From positions 806,099 through 870,098 of the forward strand of contig MEWB01000001.1 in assembly GCA_001773215.1 (NCBI GenBank): a stretch of DNA of 64,000 nucleotides. Direction: 5' to 3'. Origin of the DNA: a candidate division WWE3 bacterium RIFOXYC1_FULL_40_10. Lineage in GTDB: Bacteria > Patescibacteriota > WWE3 > UBA101185 > UBA10185. The translations under genes were made by a program, and so were the position numbers. Below, in pieces: positions 10,070 to 20,505 of this stretch. The notes under the pieces were generated by a model. That model searched no databases. It was not told the origin of the DNA and saw only the letters and a list, made by a program, of their open reading frames with translations. How positions within the stretch are numbered: the first letter of the stretch is position 1; every line of letters begins with the position of its first letter.

Positions 10070-10423
10070 TTAGCTTCCTTCTCCCCCACCATATTGTGAT
10101 AAAGGATCGACATTGCCGAAAATATTAACGAATATTCTTCGGATAGCGAATACCAAGAACAAGCCAACTCCGCCAATGGCGGCATAGGTAACCCACTGTT
10201 GTGCTTTATCTATTGCCTGCTTGTCTCCTCTAGAGACAACGTATTGCAAAAAACCGAGTGCCAACATAACTACCACAACACCAAGACCCGCAATCATTAT
10301 CAAGTTGGTAATCCAGGTAAATAATTGGTCTAAGTTTCCTATATCAGCAGCAGGATCAATAGGCTCTGAGGGTATAGTTTGAGCATACACCGGAGTCAAA
10401 ATTTTATTTAATAAGTCCATCAT
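10070..10423 (-). CDS. VirB2/TrbC-like pilin (CPR pilin family)
   Basis: Signal-like TPVYAQ; two TM helices joined by GFLQYVVSRGDKQAIDKAQ. Confidence 0.8.
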   Translation of the reverse strand: MMDLLNKILTPVYAQTIPSEPIDPAADIGNLDQLFTWITNLIMIAGLGVVVVMLALGFLQYVVSRGDKQAIDKAQQWVTYAAIGGVGLFLVFAIRRIFVNIFGNVDPLSQYGGGEGS

Positions 10424-10470
10424 AAATTATTTCTTACTTGCCACCTCCCTCGTAGAGTAACCAAATATAT

Positions 10471-10794
10471 CTAAAATCCAACACCACCAAATAACGAGTT
10501 AATTATAACTCTTAGAATAACAACCGACAACAGAATGAAAAGCAGGCCCAAAAGTGCCGATGTCAAATTCTCCGAAGCAGCCTTTGTACTGTTTGGCGAA
10601 CCCTGACTCACCATGAAATCGTATCCTGACTTTACAACCATAGCCACACCGATAAAAATGCCGGCAGGATACAGAATTTTTGCCACAGCACCTATTAAAC
10701 CCTCGATAGATATATCCCTAACCTCCGGAGCCTCTTGGGCAAAAACTAGGAGATTTAGAAGTAGTAGTTCGGTAACAAATATTAATCTCTTCAC
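10471..10794 (-). CDS. VirB2/TrbC-like pilin (CPR pilin family)
   Basis: Signal peptide; SGYDFMVSQGSPNSTKAASENLTSALLGLLFILLS motif. Confidence 0.8.
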   Translation of the reverse strand: MKRLIFVTELLLLNLLVFAQEAPEVRDISIEGLIGAVAKILYPAGIFIGVAMVVKSGYDFMVSQGSPNSTKAASENLTSALLGLLFILLSVVILRVIINSLFGGVGF

Positions 10795-10862
10795 CGTATA
10801 ATATTCTCAAAAAAGTCCTGATATGGCAAACATAACATGATAAAATAAGAAATACACCTGCT

Positions 10863-12647
10863 ATGAAAATTCGTACAACACTAATTATCTCTCTCATGTT
10901 TCTTTTTGGTGCAATAACGCCAACTTACGTTTTGGCAGATGACGAATGTAAGAAAATCGAGGATTTAGATAAGCGCGCCGAGTGTTACGAAGCAAAAATA
11001 GACAAAAAGGAAAGTGAATACAATTCAACTACAAAACAACTGGACGAGATTAGAACGCAAAAAGATAGTATTAATCAAAAAATTCAGGCACTTTCGTCGG
11101 AGCTCAATGTAACTCAGGGACAAATAGACGAAATCGACTCCGAGGTAGATGCCGTTCAGGCCGAATTGGAGATTATCAACGGCAAGATTTTGGATCGCCA
11201 GCAAAAACTGGGAGATAAAATAAATTTAAGAAACCGTATCATAAGAAGCTATTTTATAAAAAGAGTCGAAAGTGAAATTACCCTGTTTTTAATGAATAAC
11301 GGTTTTGAAAATGCCTCGTTTAACTACGCTTTTAGCAAGGCCGCAAATAATGAGACAAAGAAACTAATAGAAGGTTTAAATTTTGAAATAAGCAATTTCG
11401 AAGCCGATAAGGCTGAATCTCTGGAACTTAAGAATGACTTGGAAAATAGTTTAGCAAGCCTGGCCAAGTTAAGAGCTGATTTAGCCACTAAAAAGAACCA
11501 ACAACAAGAAGAATTTAAGGAAACTGTAGCAGACGAGACTAAAACAATTAATAAATTATCAAATCTCCAAAATGAAATTGACGAATTATCGGCTAAACAA
11601 CAGGATATCTTGAAACAAAAGTATGGGGATGAGTATGGATCAGTGGGAGATTTTGAATCTCCAACAGCTTCAACACCAAGCCCACCCTTTAAACCTGCAT
11701 TTGCGGCATTCAGTTACGGTGCGTATACACACTACAAAGGCATGAGCCAATACGGAGCTAAAGGACGAGCTGACAAAGGAGATGACTACAAGGAAATTTT
11801 GAAATTCTACTATAAAGTGGATGCTAAGGAAAAAGACGACTTTCCCAGCAAATTGTGTGTTGAAGGATACGGTGACCTAAGCTTCTCCAAATACCTCTAC
11901 GGCATAGCCGAAATGCCAAGCGACTGGCCAGATGAGGCCTTAAAGGCCCAGGCTATAGCGGCTCGTTCTTATGCGTACCGTTACTACAAAGCCGGAAAGT
12001 GTATTTGTACAACTCAAAGCTGCCAAGTTTATTCCAAGAGCAAAAGCGACAACCCACCTTCAAAATGGAAAAGCGCTGTTGACGATACTGAAGGTATCAT
12101 TTTGGACAACGACATAGTTGCCTATTATTCATCAACAACCGGTGGCTACATTGATAATGTGGGATGGGATACGGAATGCGGTAGCTCTTCTTGTTGGCCA
12201 AGCAAAGCCTATGAAAAGAGTTCTCCCTGGTTTTACAAGGCATGGTATACAAAAAGCTATAACAACAGTGACTCCTGTGGAAGAGGGCACCCTTGGCTTT
12301 CGGAAAAAGAAATGGCGGATATTTTAAATGCGTATGTGGTTTGGAACAAAGGCAACAATAGTGATAGAGACCACATTTCTCCTGTAACAACAAATTGTTG
12401 GGGGGGAGATCCCTACTCACTTGATGAGATGGCCGATAAGGCTGGGGATTATGGAACCAAATACACTAAAGTAACTTCAATAGATGTTGAAGTAAGTAAC
12501 GGGGGATACACTTCAAATGTTACTTTAAGAACCGATAATGGAACTGTTTCAGTTAACGGCGAGACATTTAAAACTGTTTTTAACTTAAGAGCTCCCGGAT
12601 ATTTATCAATAAAAAGCAAGCTTTTCGACATGGAAAAACGCGAATAA
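10863..12647 (+). CDS. Secreted coiled-coil + SpoIID/LytB-domain peptidoglycan hydrolase
   Basis: Signal peptide, long coiled coil, HYKGMSQYGAKG and EMPSDWPDEALKAQAIAARSYA SpoIID motifs. Confidence 0.9.
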   Translation: MKIRTTLIISLMFLFGAITPTYVLADDECKKIEDLDKRAECYEAKIDKKESEYNSTTKQLDEIRTQKDSINQKIQALSSELNVTQGQIDEIDSEVDAVQAELEIINGKILDRQQKLGDKINLRNRIIRSYFIKRVESEITLFLMNNGFENASFNYAFSKAANNETKKLIEGLNFEISNFEADKAESLELKNDLENSLASLAKLRADLATKKNQQQEEFKETVADETKTINKLSNLQNEIDELSAKQQDILKQKYGDEYGSVGDFESPTASTPSPPFKPAFAAFSYGAYTHYKGMSQYGAKGRADKGDDYKEILKFYYKVDAKEKDDFPSKLCVEGYGDLSFSKYLYGIAEMPSDWPDEALKAQAIAARSYAYRYYKAGKCICTTQSCQVYSKSKSDNPPSKWKSAVDDTEGIILDNDIVAYYSSTTGGYIDNVGWDTECGSSSCWPSKAYEKSSPWFYKAWYTKSYNNSDSCGRGHPWLSEKEMADILNAYVVWNKGNNSDRDHISPVTTNCWGGDPYSLDEMADKAGDYGTKYTKVTSIDVEVSNGGYTSNVTLRTDNGTVSVNGETFKTVFNLRAPGYLSIKSKLFDMEKRE

Positions 12648-12701
12648 TCCTGACAATACAAGTTAGAAGTTTTAATAACAAAACGCAAATTGCTTTATCA
12701 T

Positions 12702-12710
12702 TGTGGATAA
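12702..12710 (-). promoter_or_regulatory. DnaA box upstream of dnaA
   Basis: TGTGGATAA = perfect TTATCCACA on the minus strand; a second perfect box lies at 12882-12890 inside dnaA. Confidence 0.8.
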
Positions 12711-12759
12711 CTTAGTTACCATTTTAGCTACTGCCTAAAATTTTCTACCAAAACTAGCA

Positions 12760-14157
12760 ATGACCAACCAAACAGCTCAAAATTTAGAGGAACTGTGGGC
12801 TTCTATACTGGGGGAAGCTCAGCTTAATATTGCTCCTGCCATATTTAACTCCTTTGTGTCACGCACGAGCCTGGATTCAATTGTGGATAATAGAGCCATT
12901 GTTGCCTGTTCCGACTCAATGGTTAAAAGCAACGTAGAAAAAAAGGCAAAACAAGAGCTTCTTGCTGCTCTAAACAAACGCTCCCAGAAAAAACTTGACC
13001 TTGAGTTAATCATTAAAAAAGTTAAGGCTAAAACTCTCGATACAGGACCTGTTGGGCCTCTATTCACTCCACCCAGGGACGAGGAAATAGTAGTTAAAGA
13101 AAAGCAACTTCAAGCGGGGTTAACTCCAAAATATACTTTTGAAAATTACATTTTAGGAGGGCACAACAATTTGGCGCATGCTATTGCTGTGGCAGTGGCA
13201 ACCAGGCCGGGGGAGCAATACAATCCAGTATTCTTTCACTCGGGAGTAGGTCTGGGAAAAACCCATCTTTTACAAGCAATAGGGAATAATATTCTTAGAA
13301 ACCACCCTGCCACAAAGATTATTTATACAACAGGGGAAACTTTCACAAACGAGTTAATCGATGCAATACAAAGCGGAAAGGCAGGTAAAAAGTCGAAATA
13401 TACTACAAACGAGTTTCGAAACAGGTACCGTCACGCTGATGTTTTTTTAATAGACGATGTTCAATTTATTATTGGAAAAGACGCTACTCAAGAGGAACTG
13501 TTCCACACGTTTAACTCCTTATACATGTCGGGAAAGCAGATCGTTATAACTTCGGATCGTCCTCCAAGCGAGTTCAAAAATTTGGCGTCTCGCATAACTT
13601 CCCGCTTTGCCATGGGAATAATTGCCGATATCCAAAAACCCGGATTCGAGGAACGTGTTGCAATACTACGAGCGCGGCGAGATTTCTTAGGGGAAGACAT
13701 TTCCGACGAAATAATTAGTTATATTGCTCAAAACATTAGTTCAAACATTAGAGAACTCGAGGGTGCTTATATGCAAGTTTCTGTGAAGGCTCATTCCAAT
13801 AACATGCAACCAACTGTAACCATGGCTGCGGAAGCTTTGGGACAAAGTTATAGAGAGACAAAGAAACCTACAGTAAATATCAATGAGGTATTAAAGGCTG
13901 TGTGCAATTATTATTCGGTAAATATTCCGGATATCAAAGGCCCAAGAAGACATAAAGAAATAGTTATTCCCCGCCAAGTTGCGATGTATCTTATGAAAGA
14001 GTTTACAGAAACACCTTACATTGCAATCGGGGATTTACTAGGGGGAAGGGATCATACAACAATAATGCACGGCGCTGAAAAAATACATCAAAAAGTAACT
14101 GAAAAAGGAAAAATCTATACCGATGTTGCTAACATCAAACAAACTTTGGGCTATTAA
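12760..14157 (+). CDS. dnaA: Chromosomal replication initiator DnaA
   Basis: YNPVFFHSGVGLGKTHLLQA, IDDVQF, QEELFHTFN, NIRELEGA, GGRDHTTIMH. Confidence 0.98.
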   Translation: MTNQTAQNLEELWASILGEAQLNIAPAIFNSFVSRTSLDSIVDNRAIVACSDSMVKSNVEKKAKQELLAALNKRSQKKLDLELIIKKVKAKTLDTGPVGPLFTPPRDEEIVVKEKQLQAGLTPKYTFENYILGGHNNLAHAIAVAVATRPGEQYNPVFFHSGVGLGKTHLLQAIGNNILRNHPATKIIYTTGETFTNELIDAIQSGKAGKKSKYTTNEFRNRYRHADVFLIDDVQFIIGKDATQEELFHTFNSLYMSGKQIVITSDRPPSEFKNLASRITSRFAMGIIADIQKPGFEERVAILRARRDFLGEDISDEIISYIAQNISSNIRELEGAYMQVSVKAHSNNMQPTVTMAAEALGQSYRETKKPTVNINEVLKAVCNYYSVNIPDIKGPRRHKEIVIPRQVAMYLMKEFTETPYIAIGDLLGGRDHTTIMHGAEKIHQKVTEKGKIYTDVANIKQTLGY

Positions 14158-14196
14158 AAAACCCGGGTAGTTTTGAATTAACCACCCGGGCATGCT

Positions 14197-14550
14197 TTAC
14201 AAATTCTTTATAACCACCGTGTGGTTATCCGGATCAAGCCCAATCACAAAGTATTTCTCAATACCAATGTTAACTGCCTCTCCAGTAGCGATACTCTGCC
14301 CTTTAAGATCAACGGAACCTTTAAAGGTACAATAAGCTCTGGGATTTCTCATGATAGTGCGAAGATCGCTGGCTGAGATACTCAGTCCTTCCTTGAGAAC
14401 AAAACACTCCCACTCCTTATTGTTCTCGTTCCCAATCACATTGACTTGAATAACTCGATAAGCACCAACTAAAAAAAGCGCCATCATAATTACCGCTACA
14501 ATAGCAACTAACCCTGAAAAAACCCACACCGGACTTAATAAATTAGTCAT
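14197..14550 (-). CDS. Small orphan membrane-anchored protein
   Basis: AGGAGG SD before ATG 14550; N-terminal TM; own promoter at 14579-14613 and hairpin at 14156-14190. Confidence 0.7.
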   Translation of the reverse strand: MTNLLSPVWVFSGLVAIVAVIMMALFLVGAYRVIQVNVIGNENNKEWECFVLKEGLSISASDLRTIMRNPRAYCTFKGSVDLKGQSIATGEAVNIGIEKYFVIGLDPDNHTVVIKNL

Positions 14551-14639
14551 CAAAAGCCTCCTATCTATAGTTTTAGACATTATAGCAATAAACGAGAGAC
14601 TCATCAACTATAGGACAACCATACACTCCCTATAGCTAA

Positions 14640-14945
14640 CCAATGTGCATAACAGAGAATTACTATACAGGTTAATGTGGGTAAGTAGGCATTTTTCTCC
14701 ACATAGATATCTACATGAAAAACAGCCTTGTACACACTAGAAAAATAAAGCGGGTAAAGGAAAAGAAACATTTGGGCATAAGAGGGACACTGGGAATCTC
14801 AAGTTGAAGTTATCTACAACAAACAATGTTATTATTAACCACAGTTACAAGATTATTTGAGAGTATCCACTTATAAACAGTATTAATACTAAGACTACGT
14901 ATTATATATACAAATTTATTATTACCTAATTTGTGGATACACAGG
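14640..14945. other. Probable replication origin oriC
   Basis: Cluster of DnaA-box matches with at most 1 mismatch (14644, 14676, 14695, 14728, 14810, 14835, 14932) and an AT-rich stretch at 14881-14930, downstream of dnaA. Confidence 0.8.
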
Positions 14946-14946
14946 T

Positions 14947-16146
14947 ATGTTTTATACAACACTCGCTTTAGCTAAATTAACAACACTGATAAGTAAACTA
15001 TTAAATATAGGGGCAGGATCCACATGGCCCGGACATGTTGCTCTTAGAGTTTATCCAAATCTATTTAGAGATAGCCATTTTAGGTTTAATAAAGGGTTAA
15101 TACTTATCACAGGTACCAACGGTAAAACCACTACAGCCAAGCTCTTATCTATGTCCTTAAGGAATTTGGGCAACTTTGTTGTCACAAACAGCAGTGGTGC
15201 AAATTTGCTAAACGGCATTGCCTCTGCTTTTTTATTGCAGTTTAGCTTAACAAAGAAATTTGATTATGGAGTGTTTGAGGTTGACGAGGCTGCGTTTCCA
15301 AAACTTTTAGAACAGACCAGCCCTAATGTGGTTTTTTTGCTTAATATCTCTAGGGATCAGCTGGATCGCCATTGGGAACCGGATTTAGTTTTTGAAAGGT
15401 GGGTAACTGCCTTAAAGAATACCACTCCCCTACCCTATATAATTGCTGATTCTGAGGAGCCAAAATTTGGTTTGATGGCAACTCTACTAGATGAAGATAA
15501 AATAACATTCTTTGATAAAGATTCCCCTCTTAAACTACGTTCTCATAAGGTGTTTTATAACGATAAAGATTTAGGCTCTAGCAATTTGGCCGGTGAATTT
15601 AACCGCAAAAATCTTAATGCCGCCGCAAAAGCGATGGCTTTGCTTGGTTTTAGTTATAAAGACGTTGTTGCTTCACTAAAAGACTTCAGTTTCGCTTATG
15701 GAAGAGGGGAAAAAATTGAGTTTAAGGGCAAGGATTTTAGGATTTTATTGGCCAAAAACCCAAAAAGCTTTAATACTAACCTGGATGATTTGCTAGATCC
15801 TTCGGGGGATGCGATCCAAGCCTTCCCTGAAGCATTACTGTTTATTTTAAACGATAACATCCCTGATGGGAGAGATATCTCATGGATTTACGATATAAAT
15901 CCTATAAAACTTAAAGAAGTATGTAAGGATAAGGCAGTTTTCGTTGCAGGCACTAGATGCTTTGACATGGCGGTAAGACTGCAATATGCCGGTGTTTTTA
16001 TTGACAAAGCCAATGTAGATAAAGAAATAGCCGAAGTATTAAAGCGACTAGCTTCAAAAACGGAACTAAAGAATGTTACGGTATTACCAAATTATTCTTC
16101 TATGCTTGCTTTTAGGAAGTTAGTTTTGGGACGAAGTATTTTATGA
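14947..16146 (+). CDS. murT: Lipid II isoglutaminyl synthase subunit MurT (Mur ligase + DUF1727)
   Basis: ITGTNGKTTT, SGANLLNGI, FEVDE, LNISRDQLDR, LAKNP, DGRDISWIYD. Confidence 0.92.
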   Translation: MFYTTLALAKLTTLISKLLNIGAGSTWPGHVALRVYPNLFRDSHFRFNKGLILITGTNGKTTTAKLLSMSLRNLGNFVVTNSSGANLLNGIASAFLLQFSLTKKFDYGVFEVDEAAFPKLLEQTSPNVVFLLNISRDQLDRHWEPDLVFERWVTALKNTTPLPYIIADSEEPKFGLMATLLDEDKITFFDKDSPLKLRSHKVFYNDKDLGSSNLAGEFNRKNLNAAAKAMALLGFSYKDVVASLKDFSFAYGRGEKIEFKGKDFRILLAKNPKSFNTNLDDLLDPSGDAIQAFPEALLFILNDNIPDGRDISWIYDINPIKLKEVCKDKAVFVAGTRCFDMAVRLQYAGVFIDKANVDKEIAEVLKRLASKTELKNVTVLPNYSSMLAFRKLVLGRSIL

Positions 16147-16892
16147 GTACTACTAAATTAACAATTGGATACTTATACAAGGAAGAAATGAATTTGTACG
16201 GAGATAATGGAAATATAGAAGTAATGCTAGACAGAGCTCGGAGAAGAGGGATTCAAACCGAGGTTATTGTGATTGATACAACAACAAATCCAAATGACCC
16301 TAGCTTGAAAGGAGTGAATTTTATGTTTATGGGGGGAGGTTCTGATTATTCTCAACGGGAAACTTACCAGGACTTTATAACTAACAAAAAGCAATTGTTA
16401 CAAAGCTATGTGGAAGAAGGAAAGACAGGATTATATATTTGCGGCGCTTATCAACTAATGGGCAATTATTACAAATCTGCAGACGGCTCTGTGTTAAAAG
16501 GATTGGAAATTTTTGATATTTACACTCAGCATTTTGGGTATTCTAAACAAAGGTGTACAGGGAACGTTTTAGCCGAACTTACAAATAGTGCTATTAAGGG
16601 TCCCACTTCTGTTGTAGGTTTTGAGAATCATGGTGGTAGAACTTACCTTGGTACCGGTTGTAAGCCTTTTGCCACATTAAAGTTTGGGTTTGGCAACAAT
16701 GGCGAAGATAATACTGAGGGCTTGCTATACAAAAACAGCTTGTGCACTTATCTTCATGGACCTCTTGTAGCCCGTAATCCACACATAGCCGATTATTTAT
16801 TAGCCAAAGCCCTAAATGTTGATAAACTGGAACAATTGGATGACTCTCTTATATACGATGCCCACACTGCCTCAACAAAATTGAAGCAATGA
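16143..16892 (+). CDS. gatD: Glutamine amidotransferase subunit GatD (CobQ-like)
   Basis: MNLYGDNGN, ICGAYQLMG, GFENHGGRT, YLHGPL; translationally coupled to murT. Confidence 0.92.
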   Translation: MSTTKLTIGYLYKEEMNLYGDNGNIEVMLDRARRRGIQTEVIVIDTTTNPNDPSLKGVNFMFMGGGSDYSQRETYQDFITNKKQLLQSYVEEGKTGLYICGAYQLMGNYYKSADGSVLKGLEIFDIYTQHFGYSKQRCTGNVLAELTNSAIKGPTSVVGFENHGGRTYLGTGCKPFATLKFGFGNNGEDNTEGLLYKNSLCTYLHGPLVARNPHIADYLLAKALNVDKLEQLDDSLIYDAHTASTKLKQ

Positions 16893-18106
16893 AAGCAAAA
16901 AAACTATTTTTTTTATTAATACTGTTGCTCCCGCTAAATTTGGGAAAACACTTTGTAATAAAAGATTCCTATGTTTTGGGTTTATTAATAGATTATTTGA
17001 TTCCCACGATATTCGTTCAAGACATCTTGGTTTTTTTGATAATTCTTTTTTGGGTAAGCGATCTTGTAAAAAAAGGCTCCTTGACCCAAACTGCACTAAG
17101 CCTGATAAGTAAGAACTCTGTAAAACTTCTGGTGTTCTTTATTTTTAGTGTATTTTTATCTGTATTAGATTCACAAAGAATTTGGCCATCACTGTATTCA
17201 TTTTTACGCCTCACCCTCTATTCAATCTTGGCTTTGTATATAGCTAAAGAATATAATTTTGAGCAAGATGCCAGAAAGACGATTGCGTTGTTCCTGGTGT
17301 CTGTCTTTTTAGTGGCAGTACTTGGTTTAGCTCAGTTTGTAAATAAAGGGTCTGTTTTTGATAATTACTTGTTTTTTGGTGAACAGCCTTACTCGCTGTC
17401 TACTCCTTTAGTTGCTAAAGACAGCTTTTTTGGAAGGCCTGTTTTGCCTCCGTATGGGCTTTTTAGGCATCCTAATATTCTTAGTGTGTTCTTGGTTTTT
17501 GCTATTTACTTGTGCATCAGGTTTGCCACAAGAACCAAACTAAAATTTTTAGCTCTATTTGTTATGTTTTCGGTGTTTCTTGCTACGCTAAGTTACTTTT
17601 CCTGGCTGTCTTTAGTAGTTATTTTTTCTCTGGAATTATTTAGCAAAGAGCAGACGGCCAAGATCCCACTGTATGTTTGTTTACTCATATTTCCTTTTAT
17701 TTTCTTATTTTTTCCAAAGCTGCTGCCTTTTCAACAGAACATATCTTATTTAAGAAGAGAAGAGTTTTTAAAGTCGGCATATTATCTTTTTTTGGAAAAA
17801 CCATTGTATGGGGTGGGACATAACAATATAACTCTAGTTGTAGAAAAATATATGAATGTACCCCATGATTTACGTTTTACCCAGCCTGTGCACAATGTTT
17901 CTGCTTTAATTGCCGCTGAATCAGGGTTGTTTAGTTTTATATTTTATATCTTGTTTGTGGGGAATTTATTTGTAAGAAAAAAGAACCCAACTATTCAATT
18001 ATTGCTTGTTGCTGTAGTGTTTCTTAGTGGGTTCGATCATTACTTTTTTACTATTCATCAAACTCAATTGCTTTTCTGGATAGTTGCAGGACTGTCATTA
18101 GTCTGA
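16889..18106 (+). CDS. O-antigen ligase / Wzy_C family protein
   Basis: Many TM helices; GLFRHPNIL, PLYGVG, QPVHN, FDHYFFT. Confidence 0.85.
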   Translation: MKAKKLFFLLILLLPLNLGKHFVIKDSYVLGLLIDYLIPTIFVQDILVFLIILFWVSDLVKKGSLTQTALSLISKNSVKLLVFFIFSVFLSVLDSQRIWPSLYSFLRLTLYSILALYIAKEYNFEQDARKTIALFLVSVFLVAVLGLAQFVNKGSVFDNYLFFGEQPYSLSTPLVAKDSFFGRPVLPPYGLFRHPNILSVFLVFAIYLCIRFATRTKLKFLALFVMFSVFLATLSYFSWLSLVVIFSLELFSKEQTAKIPLYVCLLIFPFIFLFFPKLLPFQQNISYLRREEFLKSAYYLFLEKPLYGVGHNNITLVVEKYMNVPHDLRFTQPVHNVSALIAAESGLFSFIFYILFVGNLFVRKKNPTIQLLLVAVVFLSGFDHYFFTIHQTQLLFWIVAGLSLV

Positions 18107-18113
18107 AATAATA

Positions 18114-19460
18114 GTGAAGATGAAATTAAATAGAAAACTGCTCACTATTTTATTGTTGCTAGTTCTTCCTGTTTTTCTTACAGCCTGTACCTTAAAAGAT
18201 ATCCCCCTAATAGGCGGACTTTTTGGCGGAGGAACCGGTCCTGCTAAGAAACCTACTACAATAACAATGTGGGGCCTTTGGGAGCAGGGTGACGTAATGG
18301 ATGCCGCCATAGCTAAATACAAAGAAAAGAATCCCCAAATTAACGTGGTCTACGATGACAGAACAATCACGGATCTTGGCAGCTATAAAGAGACTGTTGC
18401 AAGCAGAACGTCCCAACCAGATTTTACTGATGTTGTTTTGGTCCACAATTCCTGGGTAGGGCAACTTTCCTCTGGTTTAGATCCGGTCCCGCCCGAAGTT
18501 TTTACTTCGGAGCAGTACTCGAATGCCTTTTACCCTTCTGCAGTTCAAAGTGCTAAGGTTGGGGAGCAATTATTCGCAGTACCCCTATTTTATGATGGGA
18601 TTGCTTTGGTTTATAACAAAGACCATTTTGATTCAATTGGGCAGAAAAACCCTCCTACTTCCTGGGAGGAATTCCGAAGAATAGCCGAAAGACTCACTGA
18701 TGTTGAAGATGATCGTTCTGGAAATGCCGTGAAGGTAAATAGATATGGGGCAGCTATAGGGACCGCAGATAATATAGATTTCTTTCCCGATATTTTAAGT
18801 GCCTTATTTCACCAAGCGGGGGCTTTAATTCCTAATGACTTTGAGAAACAGAAATCTCAGGATGCGTTGTCGTTTTATGTTAAATTTGCCAAGGATTATA
18901 GAGTGTGGAGTAGCGATATGCCCGAAGCCTCAAAAGCTTTTGCAGCGGGTAAGGTTTCCATGATTTTCGTACCTTCCTGGAATTTGGCGGACATCTTAAT
19001 GGCCCGTCCTGATATGAATATAGGAGTAGCTCCTCTTCCGCAAATTTCTACCAATCCCGAGGATCATGTTAGTAATGCTAGCTTTTGGATGTTGGCCGTA
19101 CCAGCTGGTAGCAAAAATAAAAGTACAGCTTGGGATTTCATCAAATTCTTGGCTAGTGAAGATGCCCAGTTAACAATTCATAGCGAAGCTTTAAACTATC
19201 GAATTTATGGAGCTCCTTATAGTTTGAAATCGCTAAAAACGCAGTTGATCTCAAGTGAATATCTTGAACCCATACTTAGACAAGCAGATTCGTGCGGAGG
19301 AGTGTGCAATACCACATCAGCTATCAGTTTGTTGTCGGGTAGATCAGGTAATGTTAAGCAAGTAGGTTTACTGAGGGATGCGGTTAATAAACTGCTAACC
19401 GATCCTAAAGTAACTCCTTTAGATGCCCTAAAAGAAGCCAAAGCTGCATTTTTCAAATAA
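18114..19460 (+). CDS. Sugar-type extracellular solute-binding lipoprotein
   Basis: Lipobox LTAC; AVPLFYDGIALVYNKDHF, PPTSWEEF, AWDFIKFL. Confidence 0.9.
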   Translation: MKMKLNRKLLTILLLLVLPVFLTACTLKDIPLIGGLFGGGTGPAKKPTTITMWGLWEQGDVMDAAIAKYKEKNPQINVVYDDRTITDLGSYKETVASRTSQPDFTDVVLVHNSWVGQLSSGLDPVPPEVFTSEQYSNAFYPSAVQSAKVGEQLFAVPLFYDGIALVYNKDHFDSIGQKNPPTSWEEFRRIAERLTDVEDDRSGNAVKVNRYGAAIGTADNIDFFPDILSALFHQAGALIPNDFEKQKSQDALSFYVKFAKDYRVWSSDMPEASKAFAAGKVSMIFVPSWNLADILMARPDMNIGVAPLPQISTNPEDHVSNASFWMLAVPAGSKNKSTAWDFIKFLASEDAQLTIHSEALNYRIYGAPYSLKSLKTQLISSEYLEPILRQADSCGGVCNTTSAISLLSGRSGNVKQVGLLRDAVNKLLTDPKVTPLDALKEAKAAFFK

Positions 19461-19477
19461 TTTGTTAAACTTCCGTT

Positions 19478-20473
19478 ATGATTATATTAGGAATCGAAAC
19501 ATCATGCGATGAAACTGCCGCCGCTTTAGTTGAAAACGGCGTAAAGGAATTATCAAGCGAAATAGCTTCATCCAAGGATTTTCACGAAAAAACAGGAGGT
19601 ATAGTGCCTGAAATTGCCGCCAGAAAGCAATTAGAATGCATCGTTCCGGTCATTGAGTCGACCCTAAAAAAGGGGAATGTTAAGCCTGCTCAACTAGATG
19701 CCATTGCAGTAACCGTTGGTCCGGGTTTAATTGGGTCATTAATTGTTGGAGTTGAGTCAGCGAAGGCTTTATCTTTGGCGTGGCATAAACCTGTTGTTCC
19801 CGTTAATCACTTGGTAGCACACATATATGCTAATTTTATCGGAGGAGGAGTTATTGAATTTCCCTTTGTGGCTTTGTTAGTAAGTGGCGGCCACACCGAC
19901 CTAATCTTATTACGAGCTCATGATGATTTTGACTATTTAGGGGGAACGTTGGATGATGCCGCCGGAGAAGCTTTTGATAAAACCGCCCGCCTGATAGGAA
20001 TTTCTCGATATCTGGGAGGTGCTAAATTGTCGAAACTTGCTTCAACCTGTGAAAAAAATACTTTGTCTGGAAGGTTACCGCGACCGCTACTTCACGACAA
20101 CAGCCTGGATTTTTCATTTTCGGGGCTTAAAACAGCAGTAAAAAGACTTTATGAAACAGAACACCCCGATGTATCCTGTATCTCAAAGGAATTTGAAACA
20201 GCTGTTGTGGATGTGTTAGTTGAAAAAACTACTAAGGCTGTAAAAAGGTGTGGGGTTAAAAGCGTGTTGTTAGGGGGCGGTGTTGCTGCAAATATGTTTC
20301 TGAGGGAGGCTTTAAAAGGCAAATTGAGTGAAATAGGGGTGTCTCTGCATGTTCCTTCTTTAGACCTGTGTACGGATAATGCTGTGACCGTGGCATCCCG
20401 AGCATTTTTCGCCCACACTCCCCTGCCGTTATCGAGTATAGTGGCAAACCCCTCGTTAGGTTTTATGGACTAG
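19478..20473 (+). CDS. tsaD: tRNA N6-adenosine threonylcarbamoyltransferase
   Basis: ILGIETSCDET, VNHLVAH, LVSGGHT, DDAAGEAFDK, FSFSGLKT, CTDNA. Confidence 0.97.
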   Translation: MIILGIETSCDETAAALVENGVKELSSEIASSKDFHEKTGGIVPEIAARKQLECIVPVIESTLKKGNVKPAQLDAIAVTVGPGLIGSLIVGVESAKALSLAWHKPVVPVNHLVAHIYANFIGGGVIEFPFVALLVSGGHTDLILLRAHDDFDYLGGTLDDAAGEAFDKTARLIGISRYLGGAKLSKLASTCEKNTLSGRLPRPLLHDNSLDFSFSGLKTAVKRLYETEHPDVSCISKEFETAVVDVLVEKTTKAVKRCGVKSVLLGGGVAANMFLREALKGKLSEIGVSLHVPSLDLCTDNAVTVASRAFFAHTPLPLSSIVANPSLGFMD

Positions 20474-20505
20474 TATTAAAGCTAGCTTTTATGTAAAATT
20501 TACAT

